Positions 9,284 to 19,071 of a stretch of DNA of 32,688 nt are shown here, in pieces. Numbering within the stretch: the first letter of the stretch is position 1; every line of letters starts with the position of its first letter. Made by a program: the position numbers and the translations under genes. The DNA comes from Bdellovibrionota bacterium. GTDB taxonomy: Bacteria > Bdellovibrionota > Bdellovibrionia > Bdellovibrionales > JAEYZS01. The notes under the pieces are model-generated. The model saw only the letters and a program-made list of their open reading frames with translations, did not search any database and had not been told where the DNA came from. The stretch covers positions 1 through 32,688 of the forward strand of contig CAUJEF010000054.1 in NCBI GenBank assembly GCA_963169515.1, read 5' to 3'.

Positions 9284-10153
9284 ATGCGTTACCTTATTTT
9301 AGTCACACTTTTAGCTTTTGAAGCCATGGCTGGGGCCCGAACAGTTGCTGTCCATGGTCACCGCGGGTCTCGAGGGTACTATCCTGAAAATACTCTACCA
9401 GCTTTTGCCCATGCCTTAAAAGTGGGGGTAAACGTCCTCGAACTAGATACGGGTATAACCAAAGACGAACAGGTGATTGTGTCCCATGACCCCGTCATAA
9501 ATCCGCGTCATTGTTTAGATAAAGATGGAAAGGTCGTCACATCCAAAGTTATTTTAAAAAATATCACTCTTAAAGAGGTAAAAGAATACGATTGTGGGGC
9601 ACTCAAAAACTCTGATTTTCCAAAACAAACTCCTGTTCCAAAGACCTCTATCCCAACCTTGTCTGAAGTTTTTGAACTAGCAACAAAAGATGAGTCTTTG
9701 GCGGCAAGCAAAGTTCTTTTTAATATTGAAACAAAAATTGAACCCGGAAACCCGGAGCTTTATACAGACCCAGGAAAGTTCGTCAAATTACTCTACGCCG
9801 TCATAAAAAAACATGGGATGGAAAAACGTGTTATCATTCAATCGTTTGATTTCAGAACGCTTGTAGAAATTAGAAAATTAGATAGGCGCATCCCTATATC
9901 ACTTCTTTTAAGCGATGAACCGGGCGACCTGGCAAAGCTTGTGAAAGAGTATAAACCAAATATTGTCTCCCCCAACTTCAAGTGGGTTAAAGAAAAGCAT
10001 GTCAACGCTTTAAAGAAACTCGGCGTCCAAACTATCCCATGGACCCCCAATAGAGAATCTGACTGGAAAAAACTAATAAAAATGAAAGTTGACGGAATTA
10101 TCACCGACTACCCAGACGATTTGATAAGGTTCCAGGTTCCTTTTTCCGAATAA
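9284..10153 (+). CDS. Glycerophosphodiester phosphodiesterase, probably exported
   Basis: HGHRGSRG..PENTLPAF, ELD, SHD, NIETK, IQSFD, GIITDYP; N-terminal signal-like segment. Confidence 0.92.
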   Translation: MRYLILVTLLAFEAMAGARTVAVHGHRGSRGYYPENTLPAFAHALKVGVNVLELDTGITKDEQVIVSHDPVINPRHCLDKDGKVVTSKVILKNITLKEVKEYDCGALKNSDFPKQTPVPKTSIPTLSEVFELATKDESLAASKVLFNIETKIEPGNPELYTDPGKFVKLLYAVIKKHGMEKRVIIQSFDFRTLVEIRKLDRRIPISLLLSDEPGDLAKLVKEYKPNIVSPNFKWVKEKHVNALKKLGVQTIPWTPNRESDWKKLIKMKVDGIITDYPDDLIRFQVPFSE

Positions 10154-10201
10154 TCGTCCGAGTGGCGGACGATTATTCGGAAAAAGGAACCTGGAACCTT
10201 A
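10125..10201. repeat. Perfect 36-bp inverted repeat (arms 10125-10160 and 10166-10201, loop AGTGG) overlapping the 3' ends of two convergent genes
   Basis: TAAGGTTCCAGGTTCCTTTTTCCGAATAATCGTCCG is the exact reverse complement of 10166-10201. Confidence 0.93.
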
Positions 10202-10628
10202 AATACATGATTTTGTGGGGGCCTATTCCGTCGATTTCGAAGGTATCGCCAAAGTATTTGAATCCTAGCTTTTCATAAAAAGGAAATGCATTTCGACGAG
10301 CATTAAACCACAGTAGTGAAGCATTTCTTTTTTCGAGCTCATCCAAAATAAATTTCACAAGAAAGCGCGCAAACCCTTTCCGTTGATATTGATGAATTGT
10401 GGCCATTCCCCTTAGGCGATATTGTTGCTCCTGCTCAAAGTTTATATTTTTTTCCTTATAAACAGAAGCGACAGTTGTGAGTTTATTATCCAAAAAACCA
10501 CCCACATGGAACGTATCCGTATCGTTATCACCTGGATAATTACAGGCACTAAATGGTTGGTTCGGCCTCAATACATAGTGACGAATTTCAAGCGTATCTT
10601 TTGCTGCAATAAACTTTACATCCATCAC
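10173..10628 (-). CDS. GNAT family N-acetyltransferase
   Basis: IRHYVLRP, RLRGMAT..QYQRKGFA acetyl-CoA motif, WFNAR, FYEKLGF, GPHKIM. Confidence 0.88.
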   Translation of the reverse strand: MMDVKFIAAKDTLEIRHYVLRPNQPFSACNYPGDNDTDTFHVGGFLDNKLTTVASVYKEKNINFEQEQQYRLRGMATIHQYQRKGFARFLVKFILDELEKRNASLLWFNARRNAFPFYEKLGFKYFGDTFEIDGIGPHKIMYLRFQVPFSE

Positions 10629-11668
10629 CTTTTTATAAACTCCATATATACGGGTAGATGGTCTGAAACTCCGGTCCCATCTTTAAAATCGAAGCGTTTC
10701 GGAGTACCGTTGGACTTAAGTTGATTTTTATATCCTTTAACAACTGTGATTGTTTTCTTATTTAATTCCCAGCCCTGTTCGTCCATAAAATTCTTGGAAA
10801 GAAAGATCATGTCAAAAAAAGACCAAGTTTTGTTCTTGGAGTAATATTCTGTTCCGATACACGCTTCGCAATAGATTTTATGTGCAATAAGCCAATATGG
10901 GGCAACATATGTTTTCAAAATACCATGCTTTTCATCCTCATCCCATGGGACATTAAAATCCCCGGCTGCAATTGCTAGCCGATCCTCTGGCAAAGTTTTT
11001 TTAAAGGATGTGAGGCTTTTAAAGGCATCGATTCGCGTTTTATATCCATGATAGGGAGATGGAAAGTGGTTCGAAAAAATCGTAACAAGCGAGCCGTCTG
11101 GCAGCTTCAGGGTGACTTCAAGAATTCCACGAGAGTCCGTAAAAACACCCTTGTCCACATCTTGAAATTTTATAGAGTGCAGCTCGGGTTTTCCGACCAC
11201 TGGAAACCGGCTTAAAACAGCAACGTCAATTCCTCGTAAATCCTTTCCTTCTATCAAAACAACCGTAGGATATTTTTTGGAACCGTAAGATTCATTTAAT
11301 GAATTCAGTACATTCATGTTTTCAATTTCTTGCAAAAATAAAATATCTGCACCATTCCCACCGTTTACCTGGAGATGTGTGTTTTTTAATTCAGATATTT
11401 TATTTTTTAAATTTTTTTCAGACCAATCAATTTCAAAGCAGTCTTTTTTCCAATGAGGTTGAGAAACCGTTTTACAAAAATCTTTTTGTGTTTTTGTGTT
11501 TTTATCTTTCAATGGCAGGTACGCAAAATCTGTTTTGCCGCTGTCATGTTTTGTATCAAACAGGTTTTCCACATTATGGGTCATGACCGTAAACTTTTCC
11601 GCTCCCCATGACCCCAAAAATATGAAAAAACTAAATATCCATATCTGAACCATCACAGTCCTTTTCAA
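10625..11668 (-). CDS. Endonuclease/exonuclease/phosphatase (EEP) family protein, probably exported; start uncertain (11668 or 11653)
   Basis: HNVENLFD, LQEIEN, RGIDVAVLSR, NHFPS, AGDFN, SDHLPV; hydrophobic N-terminus. Confidence 0.88.
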   Translation of the reverse strand: MKRTVMVQIWIFSFFIFLGSWGAEKFTVMTHNVENLFDTKHDSGKTDFAYLPLKDKNTKTQKDFCKTVSQPHWKKDCFEIDWSEKNLKNKISELKNTHLQVNGGNGADILFLQEIENMNVLNSLNESYGSKKYPTVVLIEGKDLRGIDVAVLSRFPVVGKPELHSIKFQDVDKGVFTDSRGILEVTLKLPDGSLVTIFSNHFPSPYHGYKTRIDAFKSLTSFKKTLPEDRLAIAAGDFNVPWDEDEKHGILKTYVAPYWLIAHKIYCEACIGTEYYSKNKTWSFFDMIFLSKNFMDEQGWELNKKTITVVKGYKNQLKSNGTPKRFDFKDGTGVSDHLPVYMEFIKR

Positions 11669-12233
11669 ATACAGTGGTCACATATAAATTTATATCGGCC
11701 CAAGTTTTAGACTCACCGTCATCGCCTTTGTGCAGTTCCTTGCATGCTTCATGCAAGGAACTCAATGCATCTTTCCAGCCAAAACTAAGCACGCTTGACT
11801 CTGCCCTTGCAATAAAGCGATTTTTTTCATCGATTGTATAGTCAAAAGTTTGATTTATCACCTTACCATTAACCGTAAACTTAACGTCAACAGTTCCTTT
11901 TTTATCATCACCATTAACCTTTGTGACGTGACCCTTAATTTTTCCATCCACAATCGCTTTCTTAAAAAAGTATTCAAGTATATTGACGTTCCGAGCAGGG
12001 TCGCCAGCATCCGCAGTAAAAGCATCTATTTCGAAATTGATTGATTTAATTAACCCCGCCGCTGAAACCGCAGGTTTTGATTCAACCTTAATTTTTTTGA
12101 AATGCCCCTTTACGGGTGCGCGCTTTGTAAATTTATACGCTGTCCATTCGAGCAAGCTGGAGTCATTGTCATACTTGAACTCACATTTCGGCGCCGACCA
12201 TGCAAACTGTAAAAAAACTAAAAGTGCTATCAT
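11631..12233 (-). CDS. YceI-like periplasmic lipid/polyisoprenoid-binding protein
   Basis: Signal peptide; WTAYKFT..PVKGHF; DAGDPARN resembles YceI motif; SD GGAGG. Confidence 0.75.
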   Translation of the reverse strand: MIALLVFLQFAWSAPKCEFKYDNDSSLLEWTAYKFTKRAPVKGHFKKIKVESKPAVSAAGLIKSINFEIDAFTADAGDPARNVNILEYFFKKAIVDGKIKGHVTKVNGDDKKGTVDVKFTVNGKVINQTFDYTIDEKNRFIARAESSVLSFGWKDALSSLHEACKELHKGDDGESKTWADINLYVTTVFEKDCDGSDMDI

Positions 12234-12367
12234 GTCACCTCCAAAAAATTGTCAGCTTCCAAACGGTAGCTTGATTCACAAGCGACGACAAGCCTTTAGT
12301 CGCAGATAAAATAATGCTGTATTTCGCGGTGGCGTCATATTACGCTAACGTCAAAGGAAGTTATAGT

Positions 12368-12754
12368 ATGCAACAAAAGATCCAAATCGTTGTACGGTTT
12401 CTATTAGGGACCTTGTTTTTATTCGGAGGAATTGCATTTTTTTTCACAACCCCGCCTCCCCTCAGTGGCGACATGGCAGTTTTTTTCGCGGGTTTGGTCG
12501 CAAGCAAATATTTTTTCTATTTACTTAAAGGCGCCGAAATCCTTTGTGGTTTATTTCTTGTTTCAGGGTTCTTTGTTCCTCTTGCCCTGGTAATACTTGC
12601 CCCAATCGTCCTAAATATATTTATGGTGCACATCTTCTTAGACCGCAGCGGGTTACCCATGGCAATAGCGATCGGCATTGCCATGATTTACTTGTCATTT
12701 TTTTCGCCAACCTATAGTTTGGCAATTAAGAAGTTATTCACAAAAAAAGCATAA
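12368..12754 (+). CDS. DoxX family membrane protein
   Basis: RFLLG.LFLFGG, LKGAEILCG, PLALVILAPIVLNI..H; four hydrophobic segments; ATG 12368 after AGGAAG. Confidence 0.8.
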   Translation: MQQKIQIVVRFLLGTLFLFGGIAFFFTTPPPLSGDMAVFFAGLVASKYFFYLLKGAEILCGLFLVSGFFVPLALVILAPIVLNIFMVHIFLDRSGLPMAIAIGIAMIYLSFFSPTYSLAIKKLFTKKA

Positions 12755-12776
12755 CGCCACACCGAGACCTGTATTA

Positions 12777-13757
12777 ATGAAACCTATTCCGACAAATTTC
12801 ACGAAGCTCTTGGGGATTGACGTGCCAATCATTGGGGCGCCGATGTTTTTAGTTTCAAATGTGGATATTGTTACAGAGGTTTCAAATTGCGGAGGCATCG
12901 GCACATTCCCCGCCCTAAATTATCGACCAATTGAAGCTTATAAAAAAGCGCTTGTGGATATGCGTGCACGCACAAAAAAGCCGATCGGCGTAAATATTAT
13001 CGTAAACAAAAGTAACTCGCGGCAAGCCGAAGATTTGAAATACGCGCTGGATGCGGGTGTTAATCTATTCATTACCTCACTTGGAAATCCATCGACCGTA
13101 ATTGTCGAAGGTCATAAAATTGGAGCTAAAATTATTTGTGATGTTACCAATCTGGACCATGCAAAGAAAGTTCAGGACCTCGGAGCGGACGGCGTTATCG
13201 CAGTTGGATACGGAGCCGGCGGGCACGCTGGCCCAATTAGCCCAATTGTTCTGATACCCTGGCTAAAGCGAGAATTAAAAATTCCAGTCATCGCCGCAGG
13301 CGGAGTTACGGATGGGCCAACAATGGCTGCGATGTTAGCGCTGGGCGCAGATGGTGTCAGCGTCGGCACACGTTTTATCGCCTCAAAAGAGGCACAGGTA
13401 GAAAATGGATACAAGAACGCAATTGTAACCTCTTCGCCTGAGGACATTGTTCTTACAACTCGTATTTCAGGAACGCCAGCAAACGTGATTCGAACACCGT
13501 ATATTGATAAAGTGGGCACAGACCTTCCGTGGGCTATCGGAGCACTAAAAAATAATAAACTCGCAAAAAAATATGTAACTCCACTTATTCATCTATTCGG
13601 GATGCGCGCTCTCGATCAGGCTGCAAATAAACCCACGTGGAAAACCGTATGGAGCGCGGGCCAAGGCGTCGGTTTAATTGACGATGTTTTATCGTGCAGA
13701 GAGATTATGGAAACCTTGGTCAATGGCTACTTTGAAACCATTGAACAGATGCCCTAG
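12777..13757 (+). CDS. Nitronate monooxygenase / FabK-like flavin oxidoreductase
   Basis: PIIGAPMFLVS, GVNIIV, AGGHAG, PVIAAGG, GTRFIAS.EA, WSAGQGV. Confidence 0.88.
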   Translation: MKPIPTNFTKLLGIDVPIIGAPMFLVSNVDIVTEVSNCGGIGTFPALNYRPIEAYKKALVDMRARTKKPIGVNIIVNKSNSRQAEDLKYALDAGVNLFITSLGNPSTVIVEGHKIGAKIICDVTNLDHAKKVQDLGADGVIAVGYGAGGHAGPISPIVLIPWLKRELKIPVIAAGGVTDGPTMAAMLALGADGVSVGTRFIASKEAQVENGYKNAIVTSSPEDIVLTTRISGTPANVIRTPYIDKVGTDLPWAIGALKNNKLAKKYVTPLIHLFGMRALDQAANKPTWKTVWSAGQGVGLIDDVLSCREIMETLVNGYFETIEQMP

Positions 13758-14293
13758 AGGTCCTTAATTAATACCTCAAAATAAAGATCGCTTCGTTTAG
13801 GAATTCCAAACCGTGGATCATTCTGCGGAAAGACTCGCTTTTCACCACTCATACGATAGCCTCTGCGTTCGTAGTATTCTATCAGTTCTTCCCTCTGTCC
13901 TATCACAGTCATTTCCATCTGAATGCAGTCGAAGCTGGTTCGGGCATAAGACTCACCCTTATCCATTAGCAACTTTCCAATGCCATGGCCCTGCATATTT
14001 ACATTAACAGATAACATCCCTAGGTAACATACCTTTCCTTTCTTTTCCAGATGCACACAACCGACAATGTTTTCTCCGATAACAGCGATTAAAATAACCT
14101 GCCCACTGTGTTTTATCATATCGCGTATTTGCCCCGGATCCGTGCGCTGACCGCCAAGCATTTCCGCTTCAGTTGTCCAACCCCTTTTTGAATGTTCACC
14201 TCGATAAACAGAATTTACTAAATTATTTATGCCTTGGGCGTCTGCGTCCACCGCTATACGAAATCGAATTTGATCCATACTGATGGTTTTCAA
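13754..14293 (-). CDS. GNAT family N-acetyltransferase
   Basis: NSVYRG..S..GWTTEA, LGMLSV...QGHGIG, YYERRGY. Confidence 0.88.
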   Translation of the reverse strand: MKTISMDQIRFRIAVDADAQGINNLVNSVYRGEHSKRGWTTEAEMLGGQRTDPGQIRDMIKHSGQVILIAVIGENIVGCVHLEKKGKVCYLGMLSVNVNMQGHGIGKLLMDKGESYARTSFDCIQMEMTVIGQREELIEYYERRGYRMSGEKRVFPQNDPRFGIPKRSDLYFEVLIKDL

Positions 14294-14300
14294 TTAGACC

Positions 14301-15197
14301 TCATTCTTTTCCAAAAATTTGATCTAAAGCTTCTGAGATTGTCGAATAGTTAAAATGAAAATTGGTCTCACTAATTCGTCGAGGTAAAACTTTTACGCTT
14401 GCAAGGATAACTTCAGCCATTTCGCCAAACATTAATCGCAATACAAACTTCGGTGTCGGTAATTTTGCGGGAACGCCCATTGCGTCACCCAGTTCCTTTG
14501 CAAACTCTGAGTTGCGCACAGGGTGAGGTGAAACTGCATTGTAAATTCCTTGGGCTTGTGAGTTTTCCAATGCCCAAACGATCATCCCCACCAAATCTTC
14601 TATATGAATCCAGCTGACCCACTGCTTTCCATCGCCCATTGGCCCACCCACACGCCAACGAAACGGGGGCTCCATTTTTTTAAGTGCCCCCCCACCCATT
14701 CCCAAAACCATGCCTATGCGGAATATTACTACACGGGTATCAAGTCGTCTTTGTGCCCCCTGACTTACCGCCTCTGCACGCTCGCAAACGTCTGCAAGAA
14801 ATCCAATTCCTTTTTTTGATTTTTCATCAAGCTCCTCTTCGCCACAATCGCCATAAAACCCAATAGCAGATGCTGCCACATAGGCCTTTGGTTTACTTTT
14901 AAGCTGAGTTAGAGCCTTGATCAGCCTTTCGGCTCCCAAAGTTCGCGAATTTTCAATTTTTGTTTTAGCCTCTGCCGTCCATTTTTGCGCAATGGTTTCC
15001 CCGGCAAGATGCACAACGGCATCGACTTTTTCAAGAAGAGCTATTTCTGACTCATTTACTACATTCGCTGGAAAAGGAAGCGCAAGATTCGGCCTTGATC
15101 GTCTGGAAAGTAAAACAATATCATGGCCAAGCTCGGTAAGGCGCTTCCCTAGTTGTTGCCCAATAAAACCTGTGCCGCCCGTTACTAGAACCTTCAT
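14301..15197 (-). CDS. TIGR01777 family NAD-dependent epimerase/oxidoreductase (YfcH-like)
   Basis: VTGGTGFIG, HLAGE, SAIGFYG, GDGKQWVSWIHIEDL, YNAVSP.PVRN. Confidence 0.9.
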   Translation of the reverse strand: MKVLVTGGTGFIGQQLGKRLTELGHDIVLLSRRSRPNLALPFPANVVNESEIALLEKVDAVVHLAGETIAQKWTAEAKTKIENSRTLGAERLIKALTQLKSKPKAYVAASAIGFYGDCGEEELDEKSKKGIGFLADVCERAEAVSQGAQRRLDTRVVIFRIGMVLGMGGGALKKMEPPFRWRVGGPMGDGKQWVSWIHIEDLVGMIVWALENSQAQGIYNAVSPHPVRNSEFAKELGDAMGVPAKLPTPKFVLRLMFGEMAEVILASVKVLPRRISETNFHFNYSTISEALDQIFGKE

Positions 15198-15302
15198 AGG
15201 TAGATCAATTGTTTATGAACATAACGTAGAAGTCAAACAGGCCGCTTCCTTAAGAGTATTTTCGTGGCCCCTTCCAATAACAATATGCTAATCTAAAAAA
15301 CA

Positions 15303-18155
15303 GTGAAGAAATTTATAATCTACAATGTTATTTCAACTCTGATAACAATTGCAATCGGCTGGTTTGTAGTTCGCACCTACCTTGATCCGATGCTGAGGGA
15401 GATAATAATTGAAAAGGCCACAGAAACCCTTGGGGTCCCCGTTTCACTTAGAAAAGTGAAGACTCAGTTTTATCCACCTCGAATTGACCTCTATGATTTC
15501 GACTTCACTAAAACAGATCTGCAAAAAAATGGAATAACTGTTAAGCTAGAAATGGCCGAATTTCGTATAGACCCCGTTCTTGCCCTACAAAAAAAATATT
15601 CTATATTCATAGTTGCCTATAAGCCATCAATTACGCTTACGCAGACTGTGGCTGTTCCCCAATTAACTGACGAACAAGTCGCTCTACTGCCCCCACCCGC
15701 GAAGGGATTTGATCCCATTTATTTACAACTTTCAAATTTGGCCAATAAGATGAAAATCAGCTTAAATGTTGAAATCACAAACGGAATCTTGAGCAAAATC
15801 AGCCCTGAAAGTGCGATGAAACTAGAAAATTTAAATTTGGCTTTTAATATGCCATCCTTTTTTCAAAATTGGGATATCGAACTGTCTAGCGACGTACACA
15901 CATCACGCCTCGATTTTGCCTTGCCCGTTAAACTCAAAGCAAATATTGCTTTGGAAAGTAGCTTGTTGAAGGTGATAGAAGCCAATGCAACTGTCGCAGA
16001 AATACCGTTCCGCGTGGCAGGGAGCGTCGACTTAAATTCAATGAAACACCAGTGGGACGTTAAATCAAAGGTGGAAAATCTTGGAGGGTTAAAATTTTCC
16101 AGCTACTGCTTCCAGCCCTCTGGGGGGTCTGTCAGCATCGATCTAAAAGCGTCCACAGGTAACTACGGGTTAATTTGGAAAGCTGACGGAGTTGTCTCAG
16201 GATCGAAAGTTTATGGGCAAGCTGATTGTAAATTTCAAAACTTCGTCGTTCGTGGCCCGATCTCAATTGATACAGATATTCAGCTTTCATACGACAAGAT
16301 TTTAAGTTTTAAGAAGATTCACTTAAATTCGAATCTCGATCCAACCCAATTGGGTTACAAAGATCTTTTTAAAAAATCCGTCAACAAAAAACTGCGTGTA
16401 GAAATTTCAGGCATGATGGCAGACGATATCTTTTCTCTTCAAATGGGAAAATTTGAACTAGATCGTCTTGCGATGAAAGCCTATGGAAGCATTTCAACCA
16501 ATGCGAACAAAACCTCTGAACTACATGCCTCACTGTCTCGTGCGAGTCTACAGGGCATTCAAGAATTCTTTCCAATCCTGGAAGGGTATCCGGTACAAGG
16601 TAATCTCGAATTTTTTTCTCATATAAAAGGGAGCCTTTCAAATCCACAAGGCTTAGATATCGAGGTCAACCCCTTGAGAGCGCAAAATGTAAAGGCAAGA
16701 ATTAACTGGGCAAATGCAAGTAAAACAATGTCTATAAACGGCCCCATTTCTGTCAATGTGAATGGTATTATCAGGGCTCAAGGGCAAAACCTAAAACAAG
16801 CCGATGTGACGGCAGACATTGATCTGAATTCGCTAAATATTCATACCCCCGGTCTAGTTAAGCGCGCCAATACCGCACTTAATGTTAAACTCACAGCAAA
16901 GCAGCAAGGTAATAAAATTCAGATCAAATCCGGGGAAATAAAACTTCCCAGCGGAACACTTGACATTGCGGGAACGATTTCAGGAATCGGACGGCCCGTA
17001 TTTGATCTTTCCGTTCGGACCCCTCAGCAGCAGATCGACAAATTACTAGGCCTGTTTCCACGCTTCAGTTCTTATAAAGTAATTGGAACCGCAAACGCTA
17101 AATTAAAAATTTTTGGAAACTACGACTTCAATTTGGGGATAGAAAAAAGTTTTATTACGATTTCAGGTCAGATGGGCACAAAGATCATGAGCTTAGCACT
17201 TCCCTCCCCGCCAGCTGCCGCGATCAGCGCTGCTGCGATCAGCACGGCCACCACTGCGCTTGCTCCAAATTGGCCCATTGTAAAGAATTTGAATATTTCA
17301 ATTTACTCGTCTATTCAAAATTTTCGCTATGACACTATGAATGTGGCTGGTATTGAAACAAAGGGCATGATTAAAAATGGCTATTTTTATACCACTGGGC
17401 ACATCCAGGACATATTTGGAGGCCAGGTCCAGATACAAAAATTCAGAACTTCCCTAATAGAAAAGGCTGCCCCTTCTGAGCTCAGCATCAATGTCAAAAA
17501 TTTTCACATCGGCTCAGCTATAAATTGGAAATTTCCCCAATGGAAAAATTTGGTTTCAGGCATCGCTGATGGCACTTTAAATTTTAATTTGGCAAATCCA
17601 AATAGCAAAAAATTCTTTATAAAATCAAAAGGGAACGGAAATTTAAAAATACGGCAAGGGTTTTTAAGCACACTACCCTTTGACAAGGCAATAAACGAAC
17701 GAATCAGTAAAATTCCGTTAATATCTGACACATCCAAGTCCATGCTCAAGGTGAATTCCAAGGGAGCTACTGTGAATATTTTATCGAACTTTCAGTATTC
17801 GGATGGGAAATTTAATTTTTCAAATTTTGACATAATTACCCCCGAACGAAATCAGCTTCAAGCCAACGGATACATATCCATCGATAAAAATATTGATATG
17901 AAAGGTAAAGCTTTTATCGTCAACGCACCCATTAAAGGAACTATTGCCCAAGCCAACTCTGATTCAACGGGTCGCTTGATTGTCCCTATAAAAATAACTG
18001 GCAATGTTATGGAACCAAATCTCAACTTGAGCGATGAAACGATCTCGACGATGAGCCGAAACGCACTAGAGCTTGAGGGAAAAAAATTCAAGCAAAAGGT
18101 CGGAGATCAATTGAAGAAAAAAGCGACAGACGAAATCAAAAAACTACTTAAATAG
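15303..18155 (+). CDS. AsmA-like envelope-spanning protein
   Basis: 950 aa; single N-terminal TM anchor; beta-strand-rich body; C-terminal VPIKITG...PNL followed by an amphipathic helix. Confidence 0.75.
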   Translation: MKKFIIYNVISTLITIAIGWFVVRTYLDPMLREIIIEKATETLGVPVSLRKVKTQFYPPRIDLYDFDFTKTDLQKNGITVKLEMAEFRIDPVLALQKKYSIFIVAYKPSITLTQTVAVPQLTDEQVALLPPPAKGFDPIYLQLSNLANKMKISLNVEITNGILSKISPESAMKLENLNLAFNMPSFFQNWDIELSSDVHTSRLDFALPVKLKANIALESSLLKVIEANATVAEIPFRVAGSVDLNSMKHQWDVKSKVENLGGLKFSSYCFQPSGGSVSIDLKASTGNYGLIWKADGVVSGSKVYGQADCKFQNFVVRGPISIDTDIQLSYDKILSFKKIHLNSNLDPTQLGYKDLFKKSVNKKLRVEISGMMADDIFSLQMGKFELDRLAMKAYGSISTNANKTSELHASLSRASLQGIQEFFPILEGYPVQGNLEFFSHIKGSLSNPQGLDIEVNPLRAQNVKARINWANASKTMSINGPISVNVNGIIRAQGQNLKQADVTADIDLNSLNIHTPGLVKRANTALNVKLTAKQQGNKIQIKSGEIKLPSGTLDIAGTISGIGRPVFDLSVRTPQQQIDKLLGLFPRFSSYKVIGTANAKLKIFGNYDFNLGIEKSFITISGQMGTKIMSLALPSPPAAAISAAAISTATTALAPNWPIVKNLNISIYSSIQNFRYDTMNVAGIETKGMIKNGYFYTTGHIQDIFGGQVQIQKFRTSLIEKAAPSELSINVKNFHIGSAINWKFPQWKNLVSGIADGTLNFNLANPNSKKFFIKSKGNGNLKIRQGFLSTLPFDKAINERISKIPLISDTSKSMLKVNSKGATVNILSNFQYSDGKFNFSNFDIITPERNQLQANGYISIDKNIDMKGKAFIVNAPIKGTIAQANSDSTGRLIVPIKITGNVMEPNLNLSDETISTMSRNALELEGKKFKQKVGDQLKKKATDEIKKLLK
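17214..17243 (+). repeat. 15-bp tandem duplication (one mismatch) encoding AAAIS-AAAIS
   Basis: GCTGCCGCGATCAGC followed by GCTGCTGCGATCAGC. Confidence 0.75.
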
Positions 18156-19071
18156 ATTTAACCTTATTTACAAGGTCGTACAAAAGCCCGTCTTTCAGGC
18201 CTACTTTCGGTGTTCGAATCTCATTAAAACCAAAAGTTCTCATTGTTTCTTCCAAAATGATTAGCGCAGGTAAAATTACGTCAGCTCGATCCCTCCGCAA
18301 GCCTAATTCCTTTATTCTTTCGTCAATTGCGTAGGTTGAAATCAATCGAGTCATTTTGCAAAAGTCATCGTATGGTATGCTTTCTTTGCGCGGGTTTCGA
18401 AGAAATTCCTTCGACAATCTATGCATGGTTCGCACATTACCACCCGTCCCAACAATAACCTTTTTGTCAGATCCACAATTAAAAAACCTAGCGTATCCAG
18501 AAAGCTTACGCATCCCCTTACGTATTTCTTTCCTCAAAATACTTAAGTGCTGATGTTCTGGATATTTTGCTATCAATTGTGACAGCCGAACAGTTCCCAT
18601 TTTTAGACTTTTAAAGGTCTTTATTTTTCCGTTAATAGAAATAATATACTCTATGCTTCCGCCGCCAATATCGACAATTAACGCTCTTTTTTTCCCGAGA
18701 TTAATATCCCTTGTAACGGCCAAATGAATCAAACGAGCTTCTTCACGTTCGGAAATAACCTCTAAATTGATTCTGGATTCACGGTTAATTTGTCGAAGCA
18801 GCTTTTGCCGGTTCTTAGCCTCTCGAAAAGCGCTTGTCGCGACAGCTTTTGTGACCGAAACTTTCGACTGTTTAATGATGTCGCAGAATACATTAAATGT
18901 ATCAATCAGCCGATAGATCGTCTGTCTTGAGATATTTCCCTTAGAAAAACTGTCAGAGCCTAACCGTATAGGAGCTCGAAATGATTTAACGATTTGAACA
19001 TTGGAGCGGCCGACGCTTCCCAACGCCATTCTTACTGCATTTGAACCTACGTCAATGACTGCCAACATCAT
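18148..19071 (-). CDS. ppx: Ppx/GppA family exopolyphosphatase, short form
   Basis: IDVGSNAVR, VATSAFREA.N, EEARL, DIGGGSIE, RADVILPA, GLKDG; same operon as ppk1. Confidence 0.88.
   Translation of the reverse strand: MMLAVIDVGSNAVRMALGSVGRSNVQIVKSFRAPIRLGSDSFSKGNISRQTIYRLIDTFNVFCDIIKQSKVSVTKAVATSAFREAKNRQKLLRQINRESRINLEVISEREEARLIHLAVTRDINLGKKRALIVDIGGGSIEYIISINGKIKTFKSLKMGTVRLSQLIAKYPEHQHLSILRKEIRKGMRKLSGYARFFNCGSDKKVIVGTGGNVRTMHRLSKEFLRNPRKESIPYDDFCKMTRLISTYAIDERIKELGLRRDRADVILPALIILEETMRTFGFNEIRTPKVGLKDGLLYDLVNKVKSI

Noticed and set aside
15286..15305. Extended -10-like TGCTAATCT 8 nt before the asmA GTG, suggesting a leaderless transcript
   Set aside because: Plausible, but a single short motif in AT-rich DNA; needs start-site data.
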